Part shown: piece by piece, positions 43,149 through 53,829 of the stretch
Numbering within the stretch: position 1 is the stretch's first letter
Layout: the number at the start of each line of letters is the position of its first letter
Source of the DNA: Candidatus Methanoperedenaceae archaeon
Lineage (GTDB): Archaea > Halobacteriota > Methanosarcinia > Methanosarcinales > Methanoperedenaceae
DNA: 64,000 bases
NCBI GenBank assembly: GCA_963753595.1
Contig: CAVWCX010000001.1
Location: 1-64,000 of the forward strand
Direction: 5' to 3'
Made by a program: the position numbers and the translations under genes
Notes under the pieces: generated by a model
Databases searched by the model: none
Told to the model about the DNA's origin: nothing
What the model saw: only the letters and a program-made list of their open reading frames with translations

Positions 43149-44495
43149 ATGTTAGAATGAAGCATTATTGAGAGAAACCCATGGTGGGCAACTGGAAAAG
43201 TGCCTGAAGAGCTTACAGGCATAAAACGAACAGAATACCTCTCAAAAATAGCAGAGCGTTTAAAAGACCGCAAGCTATTGGCGATCCTGGGCATAAGGAG
43301 AAGCGGAAAATCAACGCTCATATATCAATCAATTAAGTATCTTCTTGAAAATGGTACAGACCCAAAGAATATATTCTATTTAAATGCAGATGATTTCGAG
43401 AAGCCAGGAAGAAACTCGCTTGAGGAATCACTTGACTTCTGCCAGCAGAAGAACATGGTCTTCCTGAAAGATAAAAAGATCCATGTGTTCATCGATGAGA
43501 TACAGAACATCAAGGGATGGCAGATGCTCTTGAAAAAATATTATGATCTCAAATATGCCTCAAAATTCATTGTATCTGGCTCATCTTCCAGCCTTATTTA
43601 TAAAAACTCATCGGAAAGTCTTGCCGGAAGAATTAACTTTATTGATGTTTTTCCGCTCACATTCAGGGAGTTCCTGCAATTCAACAACATGGATATACCT
43701 GAGGTACCTTTTGATTTTAACTCCCTGAAAAGTATCTATTACAATCTTTCCCCGAAATGCAACGAGATAACAGGTTTTCTGTCACAGTACCTGAACCTCG
43801 GAGGATTTCCGGAATGGTTCGATATAAAAAATGAAGACGTATGGTTCAAAATACTCGCTGATGAATATACAAGCCTTCTCATATACAGGGATATTGTAAG
43901 GGTTTTCAGGATTCGTGACCCCCTGTTGCTTGAATCCGTATTCAGGTTTGCTTGCGCTCATTCAAGTGAGCGGTTCAGTTATCTTGGAATTGCAAAACAA
44001 AATGATGGGGACAAGGAAACATCAAAACAATATATTTTTCATCTCGCTCGATCTCATCTAATACATTTATCAGATTATTATACAAAAAGCAAAAAGGCTT
44101 CAGAGAGAAAGGAGAAAAAGATATATTTTTGCGATACCGGTCTTAAGAATTCCATTGGAGGGCGGCAGGATATTGGTTTTGATGCTGAAACATCGGTATA
44201 TTTGCACTGCCTCAAGCATGTCTCTGGCTACCCCATCGGAAAGATATTTTACTGGCTTGATAAGAAAAAGAATGAGACAGACATTATAATGAGTTACGGG
44301 TCTGTTTTGATCCCGGTTGAAGTAAAATATAGGACATCTATTGATGATGGTGATCTGAAAGGGATACTGAATTTTTGCATAAATTTCGGCGTTAAAAATG
44401 CGTATGTTGTAACAAAAGCACTCATTGAGGAAAGAGATATCGAAGGTATCCGGATTTCATTCATTCCTTTATGGTTGTTTTTGCTCGTATTTTGA
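43149..44495 (+). CDS. AAA_14 ATPase with DUF4143; in-frame TGA at codon 4
   Basis: NPWW, GIRRSGKST, IDEIQ, SGSS, GGFPE, EVKY; ATG TTA GAA TGA at 43149-43160. Confidence 0.85.
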
Positions 44496-45155
44496 GATAA
44501 GGAATAATCCTGTCCGCGCGAACAAATTAGGAAACAAACCGAAAAATCCATTATTACCAATAAAAGCACATCTCTTGATCCTGATATCCTGCCTCTTGCA
44601 ATAATCCCTGAAATCAGTTATGCTCAGGAAATGCAGGTTAGGCGTTTCATACCATTGGTATGGTAATGAGGGTGTCAAAGGCGTTTTTCCCCTGAAAAAT
44701 ATCTGGAACCTCGAATTATAATGTGCAAAATTCGGAAATCCAACGATCACTTCTTTTCCAACCCTCAAAGACTCCTTCAGAACTATATCCGGCTTTTTCA
44801 CCTGCTGGATGCTCTGGTTCAATATCACATAATCAAATGACTCCTCGCCATATTCTGAAAGACCATTATCAATATCCTGATGGGATACGCTCAAACCAAG
44901 TTCAACGCATTTATAGATCGCCTGTTCATCGATCTCGATACCCCGGCCCTTGGCATTCTTTTCCTTTACTATCCATGATAGCAATTCTCCTTCGTGGCAT
45001 CCAAGATCAAGCACCCTGGAATCATTTTTGATCCAATCAAGGATGATATTATAATCTGGTCTTACAGGTTCTTTCCCAAGGTCGTTCAGAAATCGCCATG
45101 CGCCTTCGTTCAATACAGAGAGGAGAATTGTGTTCAAACTAAATTTAGATAACAT
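44469..45155 (-). CDS. metW: Methionine biosynthesis protein MetW (start uncertain)
   Basis: RVLDLGC..G, FDYVILNQ, GFPNFAH, LPYQWYETPNLH; follows metX. Confidence 0.9.
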   Translation of the reverse strand: MLSKFSLNTILLSVLNEGAWRFLNDLGKEPVRPDYNIILDWIKNDSRVLDLGCHEGELLSWIVKEKNAKGRGIEIDEQAIYKCVELGLSVSHQDIDNGLSEYGEESFDYVILNQSIQQVKKPDIVLKESLRVGKEVIVGFPNFAHYNSRFQIFFRGKTPLTPSLPYQWYETPNLHFLSITDFRDYCKRQDIRIKRCAFIGNNGFFGLFPNLFARTGLFLISKYEQKQP

Positions 45156-45363
45156 TAGAAACCACCAATTCTAAGACTTTTAATTCTCTTCTCGTTTGTA
45201 AAACCGCAGAGAGCACAGAGGACACAGAGAAAAGCGGCGCAGCTATGTGTACTGGTATGGCCGACTCTGTGTTTGATCAATTTTCCGGCACCTTCTTTTC
45301 CCAGAATAAAAAAATCTGCCAATTCTTTGAAAACCATAAAGATCGATTTTGCCAAAATCATTA

Positions 45364-46551
45364 TCAGACGTCCTCTGAAGCCACTGCATACCCATTGAAC
45401 ACCTTTTTCAGGAAATGCCTGACCAGATGCGTTTCCTCTTCGATTTCCAGAAGGAATGCATCATGCCCGTATGTGGAATTTATTTCGCAATACGTAGCCT
45501 CGATTCCTGCCAGTTTGCATATTTTCAAGATATCTTTTGATTGGTAAGTCGGGTATAGCCAGTCTGATTTGAAAGCCATTATCAGGAAATTTGCCCTGAT
45601 ATCTTTAAAAACTTCAAGGAGCGTCCTGCCATTTGAAAGATCAAAATAATCCAGCGCTTTTGTAATATACAGGTAAGAATTGGCGTCAAACCTCTTGACA
45701 AAATTATCCCCGTGATAATGAAGATATCTTTCTACTTCAAATTCCGCCCCGAATCTGGATTGGATATTCCCGTTCTTGATGCGCCGCCCGAATTTCTCAC
45801 TCATTGAAGTATCGCTCATATAAGTGATATGACCGATCATCCGTGCCACTGCAAGACCTTTTGATGGAGGTGGGCCGCCGTAGTAATTCCCCCTTTTCCA
45901 TTGAGGGTCTGCCATAATCGCCTGCCGTCCTGCCTCATTAAAAGCGATCTGCTGCGGAGAATGTTTAAGCGTCGCAGCAATTGGAATGACGGAGCTTACT
46001 CTTTCAGGATATGAAGCAGCCCACTGCAGCGCCTGCATTCCACCCATCGAACCGCCCACAACGCACAGTAGCTTTTCAATTCCAAGATGATCTATTAAGT
46101 ACTTCTGGGCATTGATCATATCTTTGATGGTGATCGTCGGAAAATCCAGCCCGTATGGCCATTTTGTTACAGGATTGATAGACGAAGGGCCGGTCGAACC
46201 TTTGCAACCGCCAAGCACGTTGGAACAGATAACAAAATATTTATCAGTATCAAATGCTTTTCCCGGCCCTATCATCTCATCCCACCAGCCGGATTTATCA
46301 TCCCCGCTATAAAAACCGGCTGCGTGAGCATCTCCGGAGAGGGCGTGAAGGACAAGTATCGCATTGGTTCTCCCAGGATTGAGCCTGCCGTATGTTTCAT
46401 ATGCAAGTGTTATAGGCCCCAGTTTTTCACCAGAGTCCAGGATCAACTCATCCGGGGGAGAAGCGAAAGTAAAGAACCTGATCCCTACTAGTCCGATACT
46501 TTGCGTCGGTTTTACGTTTCGCAGACTATCCAATACGATCGTTTCGCTCAT
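45364..46551 (-). CDS. metX: Homoserine O-acetyltransferase
   Basis: HALSGD, GGSMGG, RFDANSY, GHDAFL. Confidence 0.95.
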   Translation of the reverse strand: MSETIVLDSLRNVKPTQSIGLVGIRFFTFASPPDELILDSGEKLGPITLAYETYGRLNPGRTNAILVLHALSGDAHAAGFYSGDDKSGWWDEMIGPGKAFDTDKYFVICSNVLGGCKGSTGPSSINPVTKWPYGLDFPTITIKDMINAQKYLIDHLGIEKLLCVVGGSMGGMQALQWAASYPERVSSVIPIAATLKHSPQQIAFNEAGRQAIMADPQWKRGNYYGGPPPSKGLAVARMIGHITYMSDTSMSEKFGRRIKNGNIQSRFGAEFEVERYLHYHGDNFVKRFDANSYLYITKALDYFDLSNGRTLLEVFKDIRANFLIMAFKSDWLYPTYQSKDILKICKLAGIEATYCEINSTYGHDAFLLEIEEETHLVRHFLKKVFNGYAVASEDV

Positions 46552-46561
46552 GGTATGTCAA

Positions 46562-48259
<1,698 letters not shown>

Positions 48260-48273
<14 letters not shown>

Positions 48274-48604
48274 AAGAGGCGAAGTTTATTGGGTCAAACT
48301 CGATCCGATCGAAGGATCAGAGATCGGGAAAACAAGACCAGCTGTCGTGATCTCAAATAATATTAACAATGAATTTGCTGATACTTTAACTGTCATTCCT
48401 GTCACTTCAAGTGTTGGGAAAGTGTACCCTTTTGAAGTTCTCATAAAGAAAGGTATTGCAAATGTATCAACCGATTCTAAAGTCAAGGCAAATCAAATAA
48501 GAACGGTGGATAAAAAGAGGCTGAATGAGCGAATAGGGATAATTCCTGATGAGATATTGAAAGAGATAGAGAAAGCCGTGAAGATCCACCTTGAAATTAA
48601 GTAA
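48260..48604 (+). CDS. mazF: MazF/PemK endoribonuclease toxin
   Basis: RGEVYWV.LDP..GSE.GKTRPAVVIS, QIRTVDK.RL. Confidence 0.93.
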
Positions 48605-48611
48605 GATCCTC

Positions 48612-48776
48612 TTAATTCAAACCTGCATAATCCATTACTGCTTTCTGGTCATTCAGGAATTTAACGATCTTCTCAAATTCGATATCATTTCCAGGTTCCT
48701 TGTTTTTGGTCTTAAGTTCAAAAGAGCTGTTCATTCTGGGACTGTTACATATTTTTTTCATCATATCGAGCACCAT
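48612..48776 (-). CDS. 54-aa hypothetical protein
   Basis: Manual translation MVLDMMKKICNSPRMNSSFELKTKNKEPGNDIEFEKIVKFLNDQKAVMDYAGLN; TTATATA upstream. Confidence 0.45.
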   Translation of the reverse strand: MVLDMMKKICNSPRMNSSFELKTKNKEPGNDIEFEKIVKFLNDQKAVMDYAGLN

Positions 48777-48868
48777 GAAGAGATAACACCGGTGAACATA
48801 TATAATTACACAAAGAGGCAGATGTTGACATAATTATTCCAACAACAAAAAAGCGTCTCAACTTATGA

Positions 48869-49168
48869 TTACATCTCTATCAAAGCAAGCTCGAACTTGA
48901 TCCCCATGCAGGATTGGCAGAATCCCATGAATTCTTTTGCATTGACGGACATTTCATCGTAGAGAGATTTCGATATGTAACAAACTATGTGGACTTTTCC
49001 GGGGTTCCCGGCGAGTTTCTTTTTTATTTCGCCGTGAAGCTCCTCAAAAATCGCCACAAAGGTCTTAAAGTTGATCCTTTTCAGGATACGGATGCGCCCC
49101 ACCCCTGTTTCATCTACCCATATCCTGTAATTGGCAGATTTTCTAACAAAAAGATCCGTATCATCCAT
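48869..49168 (-). CDS. Hypothetical protein with C-terminal CxxC
   Basis: ORF track; starts 10 nt after upstream stop; FCQSC. Confidence 0.75.
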   Translation of the reverse strand: MDDTDLFVRKSANYRIWVDETGVGRIRILKRINFKTFVAIFEELHGEIKKKLAGNPGKVHIVCYISKSLYDEMSVNAKEFMGFCQSCMGIKFELALIEM

Positions 49169-49177
49169 AATAGATTC

Positions 49178-49586
49178 TTAGTTCCTCTTACCGGCCTGGA
49201 TATCCCATCTCACATCTTGCGCCAGAGACCGTCTTGCAGCAGCTGCAATATCTAATTGTTCATATATATATTCACGTAAGTACATATCTTCTATTTTTTC
49301 CGCTTCATTTTCGATCTCATGCTGGCGACTGAGAATGTTTCCAAGTTCTCTTTGTGCATGATTCCTGTCTGTACGCTGCCAGCTTTCAGCTATTGTCGAA
49401 AGCGAGCGCCTTAATCTTTCAAGTCCGATCCTTATCCGGTGGAATTCCGGTCTTTTCAATCTTTCTTTTGCATAGTTTTCATATGGCGATTCCTGTTGAA
49501 TTTCCTCTGAAAATTCATCTATATCCGATACTTCACCATTCCATTTGTTATGGATGGCAAAAACGATCCCTTCTTTGGTTTAACAT
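49178..49586 (-). CDS. Helical protein predicted to need a +1 frameshift at TTT-TGC (49562-49557); ~135 aa
   Basis: ATG 49586 ORF MLNQRRDRFCHP*; +1 frame open from 49580 to 49178 without ATG at its 5' end. Confidence 0.7.
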
Positions 49587-49744
49587 ATATTTCACATCAT
49601 CTTCATTAAAAAGATGATATATATCCCTGAATATACAGGCAGGTTTTGTCACCATCTAAACAGAACCGGAATTATTACGACAACAATTGCCTGATAGGGT
49701 AAACTTATGCTGATACTCTTCATAAAATGGTTTCGGTGATCAAT

Positions 49745-50035
49745 ATGAGGGATATTTTTACAGGTGATGGGTTTAAGTTGCCAGATACAGGCATTTCAGG
49801 AAAAGGATTGGAAAATTACAGTTCTGCTAAGATCGAAGAATTCTCACCTTCGATGAAACTTGTTCTCAATATACTTGAAAATCATGGGCCACTGACACAA
49901 AAAGAGATAACGAAGGTAACCCGTCTTCCCACAAGAACAGTGCGCTATGCCTTAAACAGATTAAAACAGGAAGATATTTTAGAAGAGCGTGAATATTTCC
50001 AGGATGCCAGGCAGTGTTTATATCATATAAAATGA
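49745..50035 (+). CDS. Winged-HTH regulator (MarR/Lrp-like archaeal family), in-frame paralog, 96 aa
   Basis: SPSMKLVL.IL...GPLTQKEI...T.LP.RTVRYAL.RL...DARQ; GGTGATC RBS. Confidence 0.88.
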   Translation: MRDIFTGDGFKLPDTGISGKGLENYSSAKIEEFSPSMKLVLNILENHGPLTQKEITKVTRLPTRTVRYALNRLKQEDILEEREYFQDARQCLYHIK

Positions 50036-50176
50036 TTAGGCTTTTTTCAGGACTCTACAAGACTTGTTTTCAGGTAATAATTGCCTTTGTCTTTCTGGAA
50101 ACCGAATGAATATATCAAATTTGGCTCATTTACTCGATTTAAATATATATGAAAACTATGTTGTTTTGGTGATAAA

Positions 50177-50333
50177 ATGACACTACAAGAAAACAGAAGG
50201 GATTTACTTTGTCCCCGGAATAAAATACAGTAAAACAAAAAAGGCTATCAATCCCGAAAGTGATCAGGAGAAAGCATTGGGCGAATTTCAGGTTAATGCC
50301 CGGATGCATGATAATGTCTGGTGGCTTATATGA
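50177..50333 (+). CDS. Small protein predicted to need a +1 frameshift at CTT-TGT (50207-50212); ~51 aa
   Basis: GGTGAT RBS; ORF MTLQENRRDLLCPRNKIQ*; +1 frame ends in ATGA overlap with the next gene. Confidence 0.6.
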
Positions 50334-50479
50334 CCGCGACCAGACAGTACAAATGCCCGAACTGCAAACATTCGATATCGATAGCAACGGCAGATTTCAT
50401 CCGGGGGATTGCCATGACATCATGCGGTGATTGCGGCAGGAATGCTTTTGCAATAGACGAAGTTCTGTTGAATGGATAA
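50330..50479 (+). CDS. 49-aa zinc-ribbon microprotein
   Basis: Manual translation MTATRQYKCPNCKHSISIATADFIRGIAMTSCGDCGRNAFAIDEVLLNG; GGTGG RBS. Confidence 0.75.
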   Translation: MTATRQYKCPNCKHSISIATADFIRGIAMTSCGDCGRNAFAIDEVLLNG

Positions 50480-50791
50480 AAAAAAACAGGGCGCTTTAAA
50501 TGATCCTATCCATTGGCGCCCCTTTCCTTATTTTTTGAGGTAAAAATGAATAATAATAATGAAGAAAGAAATAAAAATAAAAATCCAGATGATGATGAAG
50601 ACCTGAGGCGCTTCCTGCGTGGAGGTTTTGGGGCAAAGTGAGCGCACGAGCAATAACGGAATGTGTCCGGGGGGTCACATTTCACCTCCTGTTTTATTAC
50701 TTCCAAAAGAATCAGATCAGTTGTGACAACAATTGCTCCGATAAATAGGTTTATAAAGGTTAAATCCAAGTTTAAGCTGGAGAATTTAAAA

Positions 50792-51080
50792 ATGAATTTT
50801 AGAAGGAATCGTCTTTGCCATTACTGGCCCACAGATTGAATCGATAAAGATAGACCATTTACCGCCATCAGCAAAACTTGTTTTTAAGGTGCTTGAATCG
50901 AGCGGTTTTTTAACACAGAAAGATATTGCAAAGCAAACATATCTTCCGGCCAGGACAGTGCGTTATGCCCTGAACAGGCTGAAAGAAGAAAAAATATTGC
51001 AGGAGCGCTTCTATTTCCAGGATGCGCGCCAGAGCCTTTATGGGCTGAATGTTATTGTTCCGGGGGTGGTGAACGTATAA
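50792..51080 (+). CDS. Winged-HTH regulator predicted to need a +1 frameshift at CTT-TGC (50813-50818); ~95 aa
   Basis: ORF MNFRRNRLCHYWPTD*; +1 frame encodes LPPSAKLVFKVLE...RTVRYALNRL upstream of its first possible start (GTG 50889). Confidence 0.78.
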
Positions 51081-51150
51081 TTTACCTTACCTCCTTATTT
51101 TTTAGACCGCTGCTAATCACTTTTTTTGTAAAATCGAATTATTCGGGTAA

Positions 51151-51510
51151 TTATACGCGCGAATCTCTCAGCCTGTATTTAGCATACGCCAGAACATTCT
51201 CCTCAATGAACCCCGGAGCTTCAACTGGCTCTATACCCATGCTCTGCAATCCTTCTGCAGCCCCTCCTCCGATCCTGCTGCACAGCACCGCATCGCAGTC
51301 ATTGATCAGAGAAACACTTTTTTCAAGAGCATCATCGGCATGACCGCCATACTCAAGAGTACCGCATGAGGGATCGTTCTCTCTCACCTCAATGACTTTG
51401 ATCCCTTCTCCATCGGATTCTATTATGATGAATTTTCTTGCCTTCCCGAAATGCTGGTTAATAACCTTACCATCACTTGAAGCAATTGCCATCTTTAAAC
51501 TTGTCTTCAT
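51151..51510 (-). CDS. NifB/NifX-family cofactor-binding protein
   Basis: AIASSDG..INQHFGKA, DCDAVLCSRIG. Confidence 0.9.
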   Translation of the reverse strand: MKTSLKMAIASSDGKVINQHFGKARKFIIIESDGEGIKVIEVRENDPSCGTLEYGGHADDALEKSVSLINDCDAVLCSRIGGGAAEGLQSMGIEPVEAPGFIEENVLAYAKYRLRDSRV

Positions 51511-51514
51511 GATC

Positions 51515-52378
51515 TCACACCAGCGGTCTTGGCTGCTTTTCATTGGGCAGTACCGGGAGCTTCATCGTATTCACAAGGATCGGGTCTTTCACTTCTTTTG
51601 CCCGCTCAAGCAAAAACTCTCTTCCTCTTCTGGTGATCGCGAATATGGGTACAGCCGTGCCGAATTGCGCTATGGTCTTTCCAGCTACGCCAGCCCGTAT
51701 CCATTTTGATGTGCAGCCTGTGGTCATATCCACAAGATCGATAAATTCTTTTGCTTCGTTATCAGGCATGCCTGTTGAATGTACTCCGAATGCTATTACT
51801 TCAGAGCCGGTTTCCTTTTCGATTTTTCTTATTTCTTTGAGATCTTTGAGATTTGCCACGGATACACCTATCTTCCTGTATCCAAGCTTTATGGCTTTTC
51901 TCACCCCGCTCACCTGGTCTATCGCGGCAGTGTCGGGGTCAATGACCACGCCGTCAGCAGCCTCTATCCTTTTGATCAGCCCCTGTATTGGTGACGTCTC
52001 CGTCAGTCCTGATATGCGCGAGCCCATGCCCTGACAGAGTTTGGGATTGCTCGTGATTACTGTGCCCGCCCCGTCGCAAACGGTAACTGTGGTGTCGAGC
52101 AGCCCGCGCCGCAGGGCGGTCATGAAAGTTTCGCTTGCCCCGAACCCCACGAATATCTCCATCTCCAGTTCACGGTTCTCTGTGAACATGCCGAAATCTT
52201 TCATCCTGAATTCTATATTTTCCCTGGCGGTCTTTGGGGTGAATTTCTTGATCCCCCTGACCTTATCAAAGATGGGACAGTACTCAGTCATCGGAACACC
52301 GACCTCAATTACCTTCCCGTTCTCAATGACTACTCGCGTTCTGCCCTGAAGTTCCATTACATGTCGTTCTTTTGGCAT
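51515..52378 (-). CDS. Methanogenesis marker protein 8 (DUF2099)
   Basis: HVME..G, YCPIF, NIEFR..DFGMFT, FGASE, VCDGAGTV, SGL.ETSPI. Confidence 0.9.
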   Translation of the reverse strand: MPKERHVMELQGRTRVVIENGKVIEVGVPMTEYCPIFDKVRGIKKFTPKTARENIEFRMKDFGMFTENRELEMEIFVGFGASETFMTALRRGLLDTTVTVCDGAGTVITSNPKLCQGMGSRISGLTETSPIQGLIKRIEAADGVVIDPDTAAIDQVSGVRKAIKLGYRKIGVSVANLKDLKEIRKIEKETGSEVIAFGVHSTGMPDNEAKEFIDLVDMTTGCTSKWIRAGVAGKTIAQFGTAVPIFAITRRGREFLLERAKEVKDPILVNTMKLPVLPNEKQPRPLV

Positions 52379-52455
52379 AATTTGCCTCCTTATATTATGA
52401 ATAGTCCTTGCATACTTTTAACGGCTGGCTTTTCGGCAAATTGAGTGAAAAAAGA

Positions 52456-52468
52456 GGCAAATTTTGCC
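52456..52468. promoter_or_regulatory. Best copy of putative operator GGCAA-N3-TTGCC
   Basis: GAGGCAAATTTTGCCTC; variants at 49679, 50073, 50725, 59411, 60722, 62067, all intergenic and upstream of genes. Confidence 0.6.
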
Positions 52469-52543
52469 TCAATTGTATAGCTCGTTAGGTGGGTTTAATG
52501 TTGAGAATTAAGCAATTTTTCCTTTTCGGCAATAACTTACCAA

Positions 52544-52777
52544 TCACCCCTTCTTCACAAAAATGTGGTATGCTCCCTCTTTTGTTTTGACATCAAGGAA
52601 CTCATCACCGGATTTTGTCAACCATACATCGATATTTTGCCAGGCTTCAGGATCGCTGGCTATGACCTCGAGTATTTCACCTTTGTTGAGTTTTCTTAAT
52701 TCCTGAAGTGTCATTACTCGTGGATAGGGGCATTTCTCTCCACGGACGTCCAGCTTAACATTTGAAATTATGGTCAT
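52544..52777 (-). CDS. TusA/SirA sulfurtransferase
   Basis: LDVRGEKCPYP, GEILEVIASD. Confidence 0.92.
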   Translation of the reverse strand: MTIISNVKLDVRGEKCPYPRVMTLQELRKLNKGEILEVIASDPEAWQNIDVWLTKSGDEFLDVKTKEGAYHIFVKKG

Positions 52778-52788
52778 TATTAACCGCC

Positions 52789-53829
52789 TTATTTTTTATT
52801 TATATCTGCAATTGCCGCTTCTAAAAAGCTCTTATCTATCCAGGAATTGTAATCCACTTTTCCTTCCAGTAAATTATTTTCCTTCATGAATTCCTCTTCG
52901 TCTTTCAGGGCTTGAATTGAAAGATCTGTAATTCTCGGGTCATTATAAACGGTCTTATTGTCGGGATACGCTGCCCTTGTAGCTGTCTCGTTTTGTTTTT
53001 TTGCTTTAGCAAATATTTTCATTGCTTCATCAAAATGTTCATCTGCCCATTGCGATGTTTTCAGATCGATTTTCAATAATCTTTTTACGATTTCAGGATG
53101 TTTCTTTGCAAAATCTCCACGAACGTTGATCGGACTTGGTGGTGATTGGAATTCGGGATGATCTTTTCCACTCCATAGTATTCTTGCTTCCCCTGTGGAT
53201 AAAAGTGGAAATGTTGTACTCTCGCTTTCTACAAGAGCATCGACATCCCCTCTTATCAAGGCTGGACCGGAGGCTGTAAAATCGAGATTGAACGATTCAA
53301 TATCTTTGATAGACAATCCCTCTGTTTTCAATGCTTTTGTAATAGTTGCATGGCGCACAGTCCCTTTCAAATAAGCCACTTTTTTGCCTTTTAGATCCTT
53401 GACGGATTTTATAGCTGAATCATTCCTGACTATTATTGAAGAGGCTGAAATCGGATTACCAAAAGATGAGAGCCCAATTAGTTTGATATCTGCACCAGCT
53501 GCTGCGGTACGCAAAGCCGGATCAGTACCAGTATACGTGAAATCAAGACCGCCGCTGGCTAAAGCTACCATAGCTTCGGAGCCTCCGCCAGTAAATGGAT
53601 AATACTCTATTTTTATCCCATCCTTTGCGAATTCTTCATCCAACCACCCTTTTTCTATGTTTAATAAGAATTTGAGATGGCCAGGGGCTGTACTTCCAAT
53701 TTTAATTACTGAGATCTTTTCCTCACTATTTTGTGAGTTATTTTCATAAAAATAAATACCCGCCGAGCCTATTAATAAGGCTATTATCCCAATACTTAAT
53801 GCTGATTTACGTGTCATATTTTCCCACAT
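52789..53829 (-). CDS. SsuA/TauA-type ABC substrate-binding protein
   Basis: N-terminal anchor, F..DGI.IE...F.GG, IKSVKDLKGKKVA. Confidence 0.88.
   Translation of the reverse strand: MWENMTRKSALSIGIIALLIGSAGIYFYENNSQNSEEKISVIKIGSTAPGHLKFLLNIEKGWLDEEFAKDGIKIEYYPFTGGGSEAMVALASGGLDFTYTGTDPALRTAAAGADIKLIGLSSFGNPISASSIIVRNDSAIKSVKDLKGKKVAYLKGTVRHATITKALKTEGLSIKDIESFNLDFTASGPALIRGDVDALVESESTTFPLLSTGEARILWSGKDHPEFQSPPSPINVRGDFAKKHPEIVKRLLKIDLKTSQWADEHFDEAMKIFAKAKKQNETATRAAYPDNKTVYNDPRITDLSIQALKDEEEFMKENNLLEGKVDYNSWIDKSFLEAAIADINKK

Noticed and set aside
43158-43160. Selenocysteine or readthrough TGA
   Set aside because: Non-catalytic position in a family with no known Sec; no SECIS-like element recognised.
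51151-51510. Nitrogenase gene cluster
   Set aside because: Only a stand-alone NifB/NifX-type domain; no nifHDK in the window.
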